Below, piece by piece: positions 34,934-46,493 of a stretch of 64,000 nucleotides of DNA. Numbering within the stretch: the first letter of the stretch is position 1; each line of letters begins with the position of its first letter. Position numbers and translations under genes: made by a program. The DNA lies in NCBI GenBank assembly GCA_964245915.1, contig CAXTOT010000007.1, forward strand, positions 21,183-85,182. The letters are read 5' to 3'. The notes under the pieces were generated by a model that saw only the letters and a list, made by a program, of their open reading frames with translations, did not search any database and was not told the DNA's origin. The stretch is from an uncultured Lichenihabitans sp. (lineage in GTDB: Bacteria; Pseudomonadota; Alphaproteobacteria; Rhizobiales; Beijerinckiaceae).

Positions 34934-35494
34934 GTGAGCGCAGAATTCGATGTCGGTGACCTGAAACGCCGCATGCAGGTGACCGTGCAAGCCTTTCGGC
35001 ACGAGTTGAGCGGGTTGCGGACCGGGCGCGCGAGCGCGCACCTCGTCGAGCCCGTGCAGGTGCAGGCCTACGGACAATCCATGCCGCTCAATCAGGTGGC
35101 CACGATCAGCATTCCCGAAGCCCGGACCATTTCCGTCCAGGTCTGGGACAAGGGCATGGTCAATGCGGTCGACAAAGCCATTCGCGACGCCAATCTCGGT
35201 CTCAGTCCCGTGGTGGAAGGCCAGATCCTGCGCATCCGGATCCCCGAACTGAACGAGCAGCGTCGCCGCGAAATGGTGAAGGTCGCTCATAAATACGGCG
35301 AGGACGCACGCGTCTCCGTCCGCCACGTGCGGCGCGACGGGATCGATCAGCTGAAGAAGCTGCTGAAGGACAAGGCCATCACCGAGGACGACGAGAAGCG
35401 CTTCGAAACCGAGGTCCAGAAGGCGACCGATCAGACCATCATCGAGGTCGATCAGGCGCTTGCGGCCAAAGAAAAAGAGATCATGCAGATCTAG
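34934..35494 (+). CDS. frr: Ribosome recycling factor
   Basis: LRTGRAS, VRHVRRD, KEKEIM; GTG start inferred. Confidence 0.96.
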   Translation: MSAEFDVGDLKRRMQVTVQAFRHELSGLRTGRASAHLVEPVQVQAYGQSMPLNQVATISIPEARTISVQVWDKGMVNAVDKAIRDANLGLSPVVEGQILRIRIPELNEQRRREMVKVAHKYGEDARVSVRHVRRDGIDQLKKLLKDKAITEDDEKRFETEVQKATDQTIIEVDQALAAKEKEIMQI

Positions 35495-35506
35495 TGGAAA
35501 GCGCCT

Positions 35507-36345
<839 letters not shown>

Positions 36346-36349
<4 letters not shown>

Positions 36350-37221
36350 TCGAACGGGCGGGCGCGCACCAGGCAGATCCATCCACGCTTGCCAAAGATG
36401 CGCCCCGGCCGCGTCGTTGGGCCGACCTCGCCCCGCGGGTCGCCTCCGGACTTGTCCTCATCGCCTTGGCGCTCGTCACGGCCTTCGTGGGCGGGCATTC
36501 CTTTGCGCTGTTCTGGCTGGCGGCGTCGGCCGCGGTCTATTGGGAGTGGCAGCATCTGGTGGCCGGCGATCGCTTGGCGCTGCGCTTCGGCATCGGGGCC
36601 CTGGCGCTCGCCGCCTGCGTGCCCCTCGCGGTCTCCGGCCAGATCGGCGCCGCCCTCGCGGTGGTTGGCGTGGGCTCCGTGGGCGTTTTGGCGGTGAGCC
36701 CCTCTGGCTTGCGCGTCGTCGCGGCCTCGGGAGTGGCCTATGCGGCGGCCCTGGTGCTGTCGGTCAATGTCCTGCGGACGTCGTTCCCGGGCGGCCTCGA
36801 ATCGATTTTATGGCTCTTCGCGGTCGTCTGGGGCACCGACATCATGGCCTATTTCGGCGGTCGTCTGCTGGGGGGCCCGAAGCTGTGGCCGCGTCTGTCG
36901 CCCTCGAAAACTTGGTCGGGCTTTCTGATTGGGATTGGATCGGGAGCGCTGGCCGGTGCCGCGGTGGCGCCCGCGCCCGGCCCCTACGGCCATTACATCG
37001 CGGTCGGTCTCTTCGCAGCCGCGCTTGCGCAAGGCGGCGATCTTTTTGAATCGGCGTTGAAACGCCGCTATGGGGTGAAGGACGCAAGTCACATCATTCC
37101 TGGCCATGGCGGCGTGATGGATCGACTCGACGGATTCGTCGCGGCGGCCGTCTTCGCGGCCTGCCTCGGCGTGGCGCGCTTCGGTCTCGATCGGGCGGGC
37201 GCCGGATTGTTCACGTGGTGA
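36346..37221 (+). CDS. cdsA: Phosphatidate cytidylyltransferase
   Basis: [10 protein letters not shown]...[11 protein letters not shown]. Confidence 0.96.
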
Positions 37222-37224
37222 CAT

Positions 37225-38451
37225 ATGACAAGGGAGACTCGTGTGGCCAGATCTGCCCCGGCTAGCGTTTCTGGCGCCCGCAAGGCGCGGGAACCACGAT
37301 CCGTGGTGATCCTCGGCGCAACAGGCTCGGTCGGGCGCTCGACAGCCCAGGTTCTGTCCGTGGACCCGTCGCGTTTCGATGTCGCCGCGCTCGTAGGCGG
37401 ACGTGACGCCGAGGCTTTGGCGCGGATGGCCGTCGCGCTGCGCGCCCGGTTCGTCGTCATCGCGGACCCGGACCGATATGCGGCACTGAAGGATGCGCTC
37501 GGCGCGAGCGGCATAGAGGCCGCGGCGGGCGCGGAGGCCGTCGTCGAGGCCGCGACACGACAAAGCGACATCGTGATCGCGGCCATCGCGGGTACGGCCG
37601 GCGTCCTGCCCACCCATGCGGCGCTCGAGGCGGGTCGCACCGTGGCGCTCGCCAACAAGGAGACCATGGTTTGCGCCGGCGTGCCCGTGATGGCGACGGT
37701 CGGGCGGTCGGGCGCCACCATCCTGCCGCTCGACAGCGAGCATAACGCCATTTTTCAGGCTTTGGGCGGTGCCCCGATCTCAAGCGTCGAGAAGATGACG
37801 CTGACGGCATCGGGCGGTCCGTTCCGGACCTGGAGCGCCGAACGGATCGCGGCCGCGACCGTGACCGAAGCGCTCGCGCATCCGAATTGGGCGATGGGAC
37901 GCAAAGTGACGATCGATTCCGCGAGCCTGATGAACAAGGGGCTGGAACTGATCGAGGCGCACTATCTGTTCGGCATCGAAGCGGCACGCCTGGATGTCGT
38001 GGTACATCCGCAATCTGTGGTCCACGGCCTAGTTTCGTTCGCCGATGGTTCCGTCAACGCCGGAATGGCGCTGCCCGACATGCGGGTGCCGATCGCCCAT
38101 TGTCTGGGCTACCCGAACCGCTTCGAAAGTGGCGCCCGCAAGCTCGATCTGGCTGCTGTCGGGACCTTGACGTTCGAACGGCCGGACCTCGAACGATTTC
38201 CGTCGCTGCGTCTGGCCCAGGATGCGCTTCGAACGGGCGGGGGGCTTCCGACGGTCTTGAACGCCGCCAATGAAATCGTGGTGGAGGCCTTCCTGGCGGG
38301 CCGCATGGCGTTCGGCGCCATGGTGGGGTTGGTGGACCGCGTGTGCCAAGCCGCCATCGCGGACGGCTCGGCTCGGGCCCCCGCCAGCGTGGCTGAAGCG
38401 CTCGCCGTTGACCATGTTGCAAGAGAAAGGGCGGCCGCTCTCTTGGATTAG
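37225..38451 (+). CDS. dxr: 1-deoxy-D-xylulose 5-phosphate reductoisomerase
   Basis: GATGSVG, LANKE, DSEH, HPNWAMG, NKGLE. Confidence 0.97.
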   Translation: MTRETRVARSAPASVSGARKAREPRSVVILGATGSVGRSTAQVLSVDPSRFDVAALVGGRDAEALARMAVALRARFVVIADPDRYAALKDALGASGIEAAAGAEAVVEAATRQSDIVIAAIAGTAGVLPTHAALEAGRTVALANKETMVCAGVPVMATVGRSGATILPLDSEHNAIFQALGGAPISSVEKMTLTASGGPFRTWSAERIAAATVTEALAHPNWAMGRKVTIDSASLMNKGLELIEAHYLFGIEAARLDVVVHPQSVVHGLVSFADGSVNAGMALPDMRVPIAHCLGYPNRFESGARKLDLAAVGTLTFERPDLERFPSLRLAQDALRTGGGLPTVLNAANEIVVEAFLAGRMAFGAMVGLVDRVCQAAIADGSARAPASVAEALAVDHVARERAAALLD

Positions 38452-38566
38452 GCTCGCTTTAGGAACATTGTAAGGAAGTTGTTAACTTTTCGCGCGATTG
38501 GGTCCGGCTTTGGACTTGCTGCGGCGCGTGAGCAAGACGGGCGGACCGGCCGCTCCGGAGCATGTC

Positions 38567-39682
38567 ATGGCCCTCTTCAGTCACATTCCGACGGTGTTCG
38601 GCTACGTGTTCCTCCTCGTTCTGGTGGTGTTCTTCCACGAGCTCGGGCATTTTCTGGCGGGACGCTGGGTGGGCGCCAAGATCGATGCTTTCTCGGTGGG
38701 GTTCGGGCCGGAACTCTGGTCCTTCACCGACCGCAAAGGGACCCGCTGGCGTCTCGCCGCGATCCCGTTCGGCGGCTACGTCAAGTTCCACGGCGAACAG
38801 GAAACCTCGCCTCGGCCGGAACAACCCTTGCCGGGTGAGGCGGCCGTCGATCGTAACCGGACTTTTGCGGGTAAAAGCGCCTGGCAGCGCGGCCTCATCG
38901 TGGCGGCCGGCCCGTTCTTCAGCTTCCTGCTCGCCGTGGTGCTCTTCTCCGGCCTGTTTGCCATCGATGGCGTGACGGTGCTGAGGCCCCGTGTGGCTTC
39001 GGTGGTGGCGGCGAGCGCGGCCGAGCGCGCCGGCTTTCAGCCGGGCGATCTGGTGACTTCCATCGGCGGTACGCCGATCGACAGTTTCATGGACATGCAG
39101 CGCCTCATCCAAGAGTCCAGCGACGTTCCGCTGGCCATCGGCGTCGAACGGGACGGCGCCGCCCTGAACCTGGTCGCCACGCCCGAACGGAAGGATGTGA
39201 AAGGCCAGTTCGGCACCGCGCGCGTCGGCGTGCTCGGCATCGCGGCCTCGACCGACCCGCAGGATCTTTCGGTCAGGCGCCTCGGGCCTGGGCAGGCCGT
39301 GGTCGCGGCCGGCAAGGAATGTTGGTATGTCGTCAGCCGGACCGTGAGCTATCTCGGGGGCTTGTTGATCGGCCGGGAATCGGTCGCCCAGCTGTCGGGA
39401 CCGGTTCGCATGGTCGAAGTGACCGACCAGGTCGTCAAGATGGGATTCTCGGCCCTTCTCAGCCTGGCGGCCTTCTTCTCGGTATCCATCGGGTTTTTCA
39501 ATCTTCTGCCGATTCCGCCGCTGGATGGCGGCCGCCTGATGTTCTGCTGCATTGAAGCTCTGCAGGGGAGGCCGGTCAGCGACCGCGTCCAGGAGTTCGG
39601 CTTCCGGATCGGGATAGCGGTCGTGGTCACGCTGATGCTTTGCGCGACATACAACGACCTGTCTCGGCTGTTCGTGAGTTAA
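38567..39682 (+). CDS. rseP: M50 intramembrane metalloprotease with PDZ domain
   Basis: HELGH, GGYV, NLLPIPPLDGG. Confidence 0.95.
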   Translation: MALFSHIPTVFGYVFLLVLVVFFHELGHFLAGRWVGAKIDAFSVGFGPELWSFTDRKGTRWRLAAIPFGGYVKFHGEQETSPRPEQPLPGEAAVDRNRTFAGKSAWQRGLIVAAGPFFSFLLAVVLFSGLFAIDGVTVLRPRVASVVAASAAERAGFQPGDLVTSIGGTPIDSFMDMQRLIQESSDVPLAIGVERDGAALNLVATPERKDVKGQFGTARVGVLGIAASTDPQDLSVRRLGPGQAVVAAGKECWYVVSRTVSYLGGLLIGRESVAQLSGPVRMVEVTDQVVKMGFSALLSLAAFFSVSIGFFNLLPIPPLDGGRLMFCCIEALQGRPVSDRVQEFGFRIGIAVVVTLMLCATYNDLSRLFVS

Positions 39683-39925
39683 TTGCGGCATTTCAGCGAC
39701 TTGTCAGCGGTTTGCGTGGCCGTCAGGTCACGCCTGTCCGGTTTAGCCGAAGCTCGGCCGAAACACCGTTTGCACCCCCCCGTAAACCTTGTAGAAGCGA
39801 AAATCTGAAATAACAAAAGCCTGGTAACCGAAGCCTAGGTTTCGCAAGCCATCAATGACTGTCGATCAGGTTGAGGGACTGGAGGCGCGCCAATGCGCCG
39901 CCAGTAGGACGGGGACCGAGTGTAC

Positions 39926-42415
39926 ATGCAGTTTCTACGCGGCTTCTTGAACCGGGCCCTGATCGTGACGATGCTGTCCATCATGGTGGCCGGCGCGTCA
40001 TCGACGGCCTCAGCAGAATCCATCGTCGTGGAAGGCAATCACCGGGTCGATGCCGACACGGTCCGCTCTTATTTCACCGGTGCCGACAAGGGCAACGTCA
40101 ACCAGGCCGTCAAAGACCTGTATGCCAGCGGGCTTTTTTCGGACGTCAAGGTCGAGCAGCGCGGGGGCACGCTGGTCGTCAGGGTTTCCGAGAACGGCGT
40201 CATCAACCGGGTCGCCTTCGAGGGCAACAACAAGATCAAAGGCGATCAGCTTTCGCCGCAACTCGAGTCGAAGAATCGCGGGCCTTATTCCCCAACGGTG
40301 GTCCAGGCGGACATCCAGCGCATCCTCGAGATCTATCGCAATTCGGGCCGCGCCAACGCCAAGGTTACATCGCGCCTCGTCGAGTTGCCCAACGGACGGG
40401 TCGACGTGGTGTTCACCATCGACGAGGGCGACAAGACCGGCGTGAAATCGATCGAGTTCGTGGGCAACAAGGCATTCGGCTCGGGCAAACTGCGCGGGCT
40501 GATGACCACCACGGAGTCGAACTTTCTCTCCTGGCTCAAGACGTCCGACGTCTATGATCCCGCCAAAATCGCTTCCGACGAGGAGCTGATCCGCCGCTTC
40601 TATCTGCGCAACGGCTATGCCGATTTCAGGATCGTCGATTCGGCCGTGAAGTTCGACAGCCAGGGTGGCGGCTACAACGTCGTCATCACGGTCGAGGAAG
40701 GCGCGCAATACACGATCGGGTCGATCCGGGTGGATTCGCATCTCGCGGAAGTCAACGGTGAGCAGCTGCAGAAATTCGTGCGGCTCGGCCCCGGCGACGT
40801 TTACGATGGGGATCAGGTCGAGAAGACGACCGAAGCCTTGACCCGGGAGGTCGGTCGACGCGGGTTCGCCTTCTCTGAGGTGCGGCCGCGCGGCGACCGC
40901 GATCCGGCGACCCACAAGGTATCGCTCGATTTCGTGGTCGACGAAGGTCCGCGCGTCTACATCGAGCGCATCAACATCCGCGGCAATACGCGGACGCGGG
41001 ACTACGTCATCCGGCGCGAATTCGAAGTCGGCGAAGGCGACCCCTACAACAAGGTTCTGATCGACCGCGCCGAACGTCGCCTGAACAGCCTCGGCTTCTT
41101 CAAGAAGGTCAAGATCACCAACGAGCCGGGCTCGGCCGCCGATCGCGTCATCATCGATGTGGACGTCGAGGATCAGCCCACTGGATCGTTCTCGGTCTCC
41201 GGCGGTTACTCGACCAGCGACGGCTTCATCGCCGAGGTCGCGGTCACCGAAACCAACTTCCTGGGCCGCGGACAATACGTGAAGCTGGCCGTGCAGGAAG
41301 GTCAGTACGCCCGCGGCGTCGATTTCTCCTTCACGGAGCCCTACATCCTCGACACGCGGATCGCGGCCGGCTTCGACATCTTCGCCAAGCAGAGCGACAA
41401 CTCGCAATATTCGATCTACAGCTCTTTCGTCACCGGCGGCACGTTGCGGCTCGGGATTCCGATCACCGACGAGTTCTCGATCTCGCCGCATTATTCGATC
41501 TACAACACCAAGATCAGCATCCCGAACAAGTCGTCGCAGCCCTACAACGACTGTTCGTTTCCCATTGGCGGCGTGACCCCGATCGATCCCACCAATGCGG
41601 CTCAGGTCGCCGCGTTTCCGGGCAATCCGGTGGCCACTGCAAGCAGCAATTGCTTGACCAACGGCGAAGCGTCCTTGGCCATCAAGGAAGCCCAGGGCTC
41701 TGTGCTGACCAACCTGGTCGGCTTCAACCTGACCTATAACACGCTCGACAACCTCAAGAACCCGACCACCGGCCTTTACGTCGACATCCGGACGGACGTT
41801 GGTTTCGACTCGGGTGGGACCGTCAACGACTCGAACATCTTCGTCCGCAACACCGCGGATCTGCGCTACTACCATCCGATTTATGACGACATCGTCGGCT
41901 TCATCCACATCCAGGGCGGCAACGTCGCGGCGCTGGACGGCAAGCCGCTGCGCATCAGCGACGAGTTCCAACTCGGCCCGACCCTCGTCCGTGGCTTCGC
42001 ACCCTCGGGTATCGGCCCGCGCGATATCAGCGATCTCACCAACCTGCAGACGGCGGGCTTGGGTGGCTCGCACTACGCCGGGGCATCGCTCGAAGTGCAG
42101 TTTCCGCTCTATGGCCTGCCCCGCGACCTTGGCCTGAAGGGGGCCCTGTTCTCCGATGCGGGCACCCTGTTCGGCTATGATGGCCGGACGAATTTCGCCA
42201 ATGGCGCGGCCTGCACCTTCACCACGGTAACCTCGCTGAGCCAGGGAACTTGCGTGAACGTACGCGACTCCTCGACCATCCGATCGTCGGTCGGCGCGAG
42301 CTTGATCTGGGCCTCCCCGGTGGGCCCGCTGCGCTTCGATTACGCCTTCGCCTTGACCAAGGACAAATACGATCAGACCCAGGCGTTCCGCTTCTCGGGC
42401 GGCACCGCGTTCTGA
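39926..42415 (+). CDS. bamA: Outer membrane protein assembly factor BamA
   Basis: POTRA repeats (GNTRTRDYVIRRE), VRGF motif, SPVGPL, C-terminal Phe. Confidence 0.97.
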   Translation: MQFLRGFLNRALIVTMLSIMVAGASSTASAESIVVEGNHRVDADTVRSYFTGADKGNVNQAVKDLYASGLFSDVKVEQRGGTLVVRVSENGVINRVAFEGNNKIKGDQLSPQLESKNRGPYSPTVVQADIQRILEIYRNSGRANAKVTSRLVELPNGRVDVVFTIDEGDKTGVKSIEFVGNKAFGSGKLRGLMTTTESNFLSWLKTSDVYDPAKIASDEELIRRFYLRNGYADFRIVDSAVKFDSQGGGYNVVITVEEGAQYTIGSIRVDSHLAEVNGEQLQKFVRLGPGDVYDGDQVEKTTEALTREVGRRGFAFSEVRPRGDRDPATHKVSLDFVVDEGPRVYIERINIRGNTRTRDYVIRREFEVGEGDPYNKVLIDRAERRLNSLGFFKKVKITNEPGSAADRVIIDVDVEDQPTGSFSVSGGYSTSDGFIAEVAVTETNFLGRGQYVKLAVQEGQYARGVDFSFTEPYILDTRIAAGFDIFAKQSDNSQYSIYSSFVTGGTLRLGIPITDEFSISPHYSIYNTKISIPNKSSQPYNDCSFPIGGVTPIDPTNAAQVAAFPGNPVATASSNCLTNGEASLAIKEAQGSVLTNLVGFNLTYNTLDNLKNPTTGLYVDIRTDVGFDSGGTVNDSNIFVRNTADLRYYHPIYDDIVGFIHIQGGNVAALDGKPLRISDEFQLGPTLVRGFAPSGIGPRDISDLTNLQTAGLGGSHYAGASLEVQFPLYGLPRDLGLKGALFSDAGTLFGYDGRTNFANGAACTFTTVTSLSQGTCVNVRDSSTIRSSVGASLIWASPVGPLRFDYAFALTKDKYDQTQAFRFSGGTAF

Positions 42416-42435
42416 TCCTTTCTCGCGAGCATAGG

Positions 42436-42473
42436 ACGAGGCTTCAGCCTTTTTTCGGCTGGAGCCTCGTTTC
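42436..42473 (+). terminator. Strong hairpin after bamA
   Basis: ACGAGGCTTCAGCC...GGCTGGAGCCTCGT 14-bp stem with one G-U pair, short T run after. Confidence 0.55.
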
Positions 42474-42546
42474 CGTTCTACGGTGCCTGCCACCCAGTCA
42501 GGGCTCTGCCAGGCCTGGACCGATTTAGCTTCGACCACGGGCCTGC

Positions 42547-43608
42547 ATGAGCGCACCGGTCTTCTTTCGCCCCGCCTGCTCGCCCACCTTGGGCGAGATC
42601 GTGACTTGGACCGGGGCCGCTGTGCCGGACGGCACCGATCTTTCGGCCGTGATCTCCGGTGTGGCCCCGATCGATCAGGCGGCCCCGGGGATGCTGACGT
42701 TCCTGGACAACCCGCGCTATGCGGTCCTTCTGCCACAAACACGTGCCGCCGCCTGCCTGGTGCCGGCGCGTTCTGCTGCAATGGTGCCGCCAGGCACGGC
42801 GGCGCTCGTGGCGAGCGAGCCCTACCGGGCGGTGGCGTTGGTGCTGGCCAAACTCTATCCCGACGCGCTTCGCCCCGGGCCCATCTTCGGCGTGGCCGGG
42901 ATTTCGCCGGGGGCTTTCATCCATCCCGACGCGCGGCTCGAATCGGGTGTCATGATCGACCCGGGCGCCGTGATCGGACCACGCGCCGAGATCGGCTCAG
43001 GCACGATCGTGGGCGCAAACTGTGTGATCGGGGCGGACGTTCGGATCGGCCGATCGTGCTCGATCGGCCCGCAATCGACCATTCTCCACGCCTTGATCGG
43101 CAATTCCGTCATCATCCATCCCGGAGCCCGGATCGGGCAGGATGGATTCGGGTTCGCGATGGGTCCGCGCGGCCACCTCAAAGTGCCGCAGGTCGGCCGC
43201 GTGATCATTCAGGACGACGTCGAGATTGGTGCCAACTCGACCGTGGATCGGGGGTCGAACCGCGATACGATTATCGGCGAGGGCACGAAGGTCGATAACC
43301 TTGTGCAGATCGCCCACAATGTGGTGATCGGTCGGCATTGCGTGATCGTGTCCCAAAGCGGCATCTCGGGTTCGACCACGATCGGGGATTTCGCGGCCAC
43401 CGGTGGTCAGGCCGGGATCACGGGGCATCTCACCATCGGTGCGGGCGCGCAGATCGGCGCGCAATCCGGGGTGATGGCGGATGTTGCGGCGGGCGCCCGC
43501 GTGGCCGGCTCGCCCGCGCAGCCGGTTCGCGATCTCTTCAAGCAGGTCGCTCTGCTGAAGCGCCTCGCGCTGGAAAGCCGACCGGGGCAGGGCGCGCCCA
43601 AGGTGTGA
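42547..43608 (+). CDS. lpxD: UDP-3-O-acylglucosamine N-acyltransferase
   Basis: Hexapeptide repeats, [14 protein letters not shown]. Confidence 0.96.
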   Translation: MSAPVFFRPACSPTLGEIVTWTGAAVPDGTDLSAVISGVAPIDQAAPGMLTFLDNPRYAVLLPQTRAAACLVPARSAAMVPPGTAALVASEPYRAVALVLAKLYPDALRPGPIFGVAGISPGAFIHPDARLESGVMIDPGAVIGPRAEIGSGTIVGANCVIGADVRIGRSCSIGPQSTILHALIGNSVIIHPGARIGQDGFGFAMGPRGHLKVPQVGRVIIQDDVEIGANSTVDRGSNRDTIIGEGTKVDNLVQIAHNVVIGRHCVIVSQSGISGSTTIGDFAATGGQAGITGHLTIGAGAQIGAQSGVMADVAAGARVAGSPAQPVRDLFKQVALLKRLALESRPGQGAPKV

Positions 43609-43808
43609 GGCCCGGTTCGCGGACGATCCTGCATCTGGCGCCCGTCTTCGCCCTTGGCCCCTGGCACCGAGTATGCGACATGGCCGACGCGACAAGCTTC
43701 AGGCGGCGGTCGCCGGTCGGCCCGTTCCTTCATGGCTGGCCAGCCTCTCATATTGAACGCCGCCGGGCCTGCGGGGCGGGTCGACTCGGATGCTGACTGG
43801 ACCGGTTA

Positions 43809-44270
43809 ATGGATAATATCGCGCAGGACTCGCTTGATACGCTCGACATCCTCGGCCTGCTCGAGGCCTTGCCGCATCGCTACCCGTTCCTGCTGGTCGA
43901 CAAGATCGTCAAAATGCGGGGCGATGAGAGCTGCGTCGGCATCAAGAATGTCACGTTCAACGAGCCTCATTTCCAGGGCCACTTTCCGGCCCGGCCCGTG
44001 ATGCCCGGCATCCTGCTCATCGAGGGAATGGCGCAGACGGCGGGCGCGTTATGCGTGCACTCGCAGCATCTGGCGCGGCCGAAGCTCGTCTACTTCATGA
44101 CCATCGACAAGGCGAAGTTCCGCAAGCCGGTCGTTCCGGGCGACGTCGTCGAATATCACCTCACCAAGACCGCCCGGCGCCGCAACATGTGGTGGTACAA
44201 GGGCGAGGCCATGGTGGCGGGCACGCTGGTTTGCGAGGCTCTGGTGAGCGCCATGCTGGTGATGGAGTGA
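43809..44270 (+). CDS. fabZ: 3-hydroxyacyl-ACP dehydratase
   Basis: [19 protein letters not shown]. Confidence 0.97.
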   Translation: MDNIAQDSLDTLDILGLLEALPHRYPFLLVDKIVKMRGDESCVGIKNVTFNEPHFQGHFPARPVMPGILLIEGMAQTAGALCVHSQHLARPKLVYFMTIDKAKFRKPVVPGDVVEYHLTKTARRRNMWWYKGEAMVAGTLVCEALVSAMLVME

Positions 44271-45112
44271 CGGCTTCCGATCAGTCCGCGATCGTCGCTG
44301 CCGGCCCAGCGACCGTCCACCCGTCTGCCATCGTCGAGCGTGGTGCGAGACTCGGGCAGGGGAGCACGATCGGGCCATTCTGCCTCGTCGGACCCGAGGT
44401 CGAATTGGGCGATGGCGTTCAACTCATCGCCCATGTGGTGGTGGCGGGGCAGACCCGGATCGGACCGCGCACGCGGATCTTTCCCTTCGCCTCGATCGGC
44501 CATGAGCCGCAGGATCTCAAATACCGCGGCGAGCCCTCCACGCTGGCGATCGGAGCCGATTGCCTGATCCGCGAAGGCGTCACCATGAACCCCGGCACTG
44601 CGGCGGGAGGGTCGGTCACGACCATCGGGGACAAAAGCACCTTTTTGGCCAATGCGCATGTCGCGCATGATTGCCGCGTCGGCAGCAATGTCATCTTGTC
44701 CAACAACGTCATGCTGGCGGGTCATTGCCGCGTCGGGGATTTCGCGATCCTGGGCGGCGGCGCCGCGGTCCATCAATTCGTCCGGATCGGGCCGCACTCC
44801 TTCGTGGGCGGCCTGGCGGGCGTCGAGAACGACGTGATTCCCTATGGGATGGCACTCGGCAACCGCGCCTATCTGGCGGGCCTCAATCTGGTCGGCCTGA
44901 AGCGCCGTGGATTTTCGCGGGAGCAGATTCATGACCTGCGCCGGGCCTACCGGCTGATCTTCGCGGCCGAGGGCACGCTCAAGGAGCGGATCGAGGATGT
45001 GGGGAGCGAATTTTCGGCCCATGTCGAGGTGCATGAAATTCTCGACTTCATTCGCAACGGGGGAGACCGGGCGGTTTGCTTGCCTCGCGAGGCCAAGGAA
45101 TCGGCGGGATGA
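44267..45112 (+). CDS. lpxA: UDP-N-acetylglucosamine acyltransferase
   Basis: HPSAIVE, PQDLKY, HVAHDC, AGH, HQF; GTG overlaps the fabZ stop. Confidence 0.96.
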   Translation: MTASDQSAIVAAGPATVHPSAIVERGARLGQGSTIGPFCLVGPEVELGDGVQLIAHVVVAGQTRIGPRTRIFPFASIGHEPQDLKYRGEPSTLAIGADCLIREGVTMNPGTAAGGSVTTIGDKSTFLANAHVAHDCRVGSNVILSNNVMLAGHCRVGDFAILGGGAAVHQFVRIGPHSFVGGLAGVENDVIPYGMALGNRAYLAGLNLVGLKRRGFSREQIHDLRRAYRLIFAAEGTLKERIEDVGSEFSAHVEVHEILDFIRNGGDRAVCLPREAKESAG

Positions 45113-46311
45113 CGCCTTCGGGCCGGCCCATCGGCCTGCCGCCCGAGGCCGGTTCTGATGGGCCGATCCGCATCTTCCTGGTGGCGGGCGAGCATTCAGG
45201 CGATCAGCTCGGCTTCAAGCTGATGCGCGCTATGCGGACGGCGTCGCCACGCCCGATCCTGTTCCAGGGCGTCGGCGGCGAGCGCATGGAGGCCGAGGGC
45301 CTGCGCTCGCTGTTCGCCATGTCCGAGATCGCGGTGAACGGGATCCTGCCGGTGATCAGGCGGCTTCCCTCGCTGCTCCGCCGGATCCGGCAGACCGCGG
45401 ATGCGGTGGTGGCCGCCAGGCCTGACGCGCTCGTGATCATCGACAGTCCCGACTTCACGCACCGCGTCGCCAAACGGGCTCGTCTGAAACTGCCCGACCT
45501 TCCCGTGATCGACTACGTCAGCCCGACCGTTTGGGCGTGGCGCACTGGCCGGGCCAAAGCCATGCGGGCCTATGTCGATCACGTGCTTGCGCTGCTGCCC
45601 TTCGAGCCGGACGCTCATGAGCGACTCGGAGGGCCGGCCTGCACCTATGTGGGCCATCCCCTGATCGAGCGGCTCGACGAATTGCGGCCATCGCCCGAAG
45701 AGGCGGCCCGTCGCACCGCGGACCCACCCGTCATCCTGGTGCTGCCGGGGTCCCGCCGTTCCGAGATCCGCCGTCTCATGGCCGATTTCGGTGCCGCGCT
45801 CGGTCGACTCCAAGCCTCGGTCGGGCCGATCGAATTGCTGCTGCCGGCGGTCGATCATCTCGTCTCGGAGATCCGGGAGCGCAGCGCGGGCTGGCCGGTC
45901 ACGCCCCGCATCCTTCAGGGCGAGGCCGAAAAGCTCGGTGCGTTCAGGCGCTCGCGCGCCGCCTTGGCGGCATCGGGCACCGTCACGCTGGAGCTTGCGC
46001 TCGCGGGCGTGCCCACCGTGGTGGCCTACCGGGTGTCGGCCCTCGAAATGAATTTGCGTTTCCTCGTCAAGGTCCCCTCGATCGTGCTGCCCAACCTCGT
46101 GACGGGCGACCGCAGCGTTCCGGAATTTCTCGGCGACGATTGCACCCCCGAGCGGCTGGCCATGGCGCTTCTGCCCCTCGTGCAAGGTGGCCCGGCCCGG
46201 GACGCTCAGACGGCCGCCATGGGACGACTCGACCGATTGATGCGTCTCGACGCGGGTGAGCCGAGCGACAAGGCCGCAGTGGCTATTTTGCAGCACGCCT
46301 ACAAGCTCTGA
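45109..46311 (+). CDS. lpxB: Lipid A disaccharide synthase
   Basis: AGEHSGD, IDSPDF, SPTVWAWR, PGSR, SGTVTLE. Confidence 0.96.
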   Translation: MTPSGRPIGLPPEAGSDGPIRIFLVAGEHSGDQLGFKLMRAMRTASPRPILFQGVGGERMEAEGLRSLFAMSEIAVNGILPVIRRLPSLLRRIRQTADAVVAARPDALVIIDSPDFTHRVAKRARLKLPDLPVIDYVSPTVWAWRTGRAKAMRAYVDHVLALLPFEPDAHERLGGPACTYVGHPLIERLDELRPSPEEAARRTADPPVILVLPGSRRSEIRRLMADFGAALGRLQASVGPIELLLPAVDHLVSEIRERSAGWPVTPRILQGEAEKLGAFRRSRAALAASGTVTLELALAGVPTVVAYRVSALEMNLRFLVKVPSIVLPNLVTGDRSVPEFLGDDCTPERLAMALLPLVQGGPARDAQTAAMGRLDRLMRLDAGEPSDKAAVAILQHAYKL

Positions 46312-46493
46312 ACTTCCGATGTGAGGCAGGCGCGGAAAAACTGTTGAAGCGCGAAATCCCGCTTTACGGTTAATGGAGCCTCAATCTCCGTCCTGTCTAC
46401 TCAATCTCGAAGCTAAGCGTTGCCCGCGGTGCCTGCCTCTGCGTAGCCGCCCGGCGCGACGGCGACACGAGTGCGGGTTGGTCGGAGCGGATT

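Noticed and set aside
38459-38490. Possible CtrA boxes upstream of rseP, also near 12050 and 46365
   Set aside because: Only TTAA half-sites; spacing does not fit TTAA-N7-TTAA
41500-42270. Cys-pair loop insertions in the BamA barrel
   Set aside because: Variable extracellular loops of this kind are common in Rhizobiales BamA
40010-42781. 923-aa antisense ORF over bamA, and similar shadows such as 3637-5052, 9955-11454, 22871-24364, 34928-36226 and 61013-62554
   Set aside because: Antisense mirrors of conserved genes, expected from high-GC codon bias; no protein motifs
43609-43808. 200-bp gap between lpxD and fabZ
   Set aside because: No credible ORF, repeat or strong hairpin found by eye
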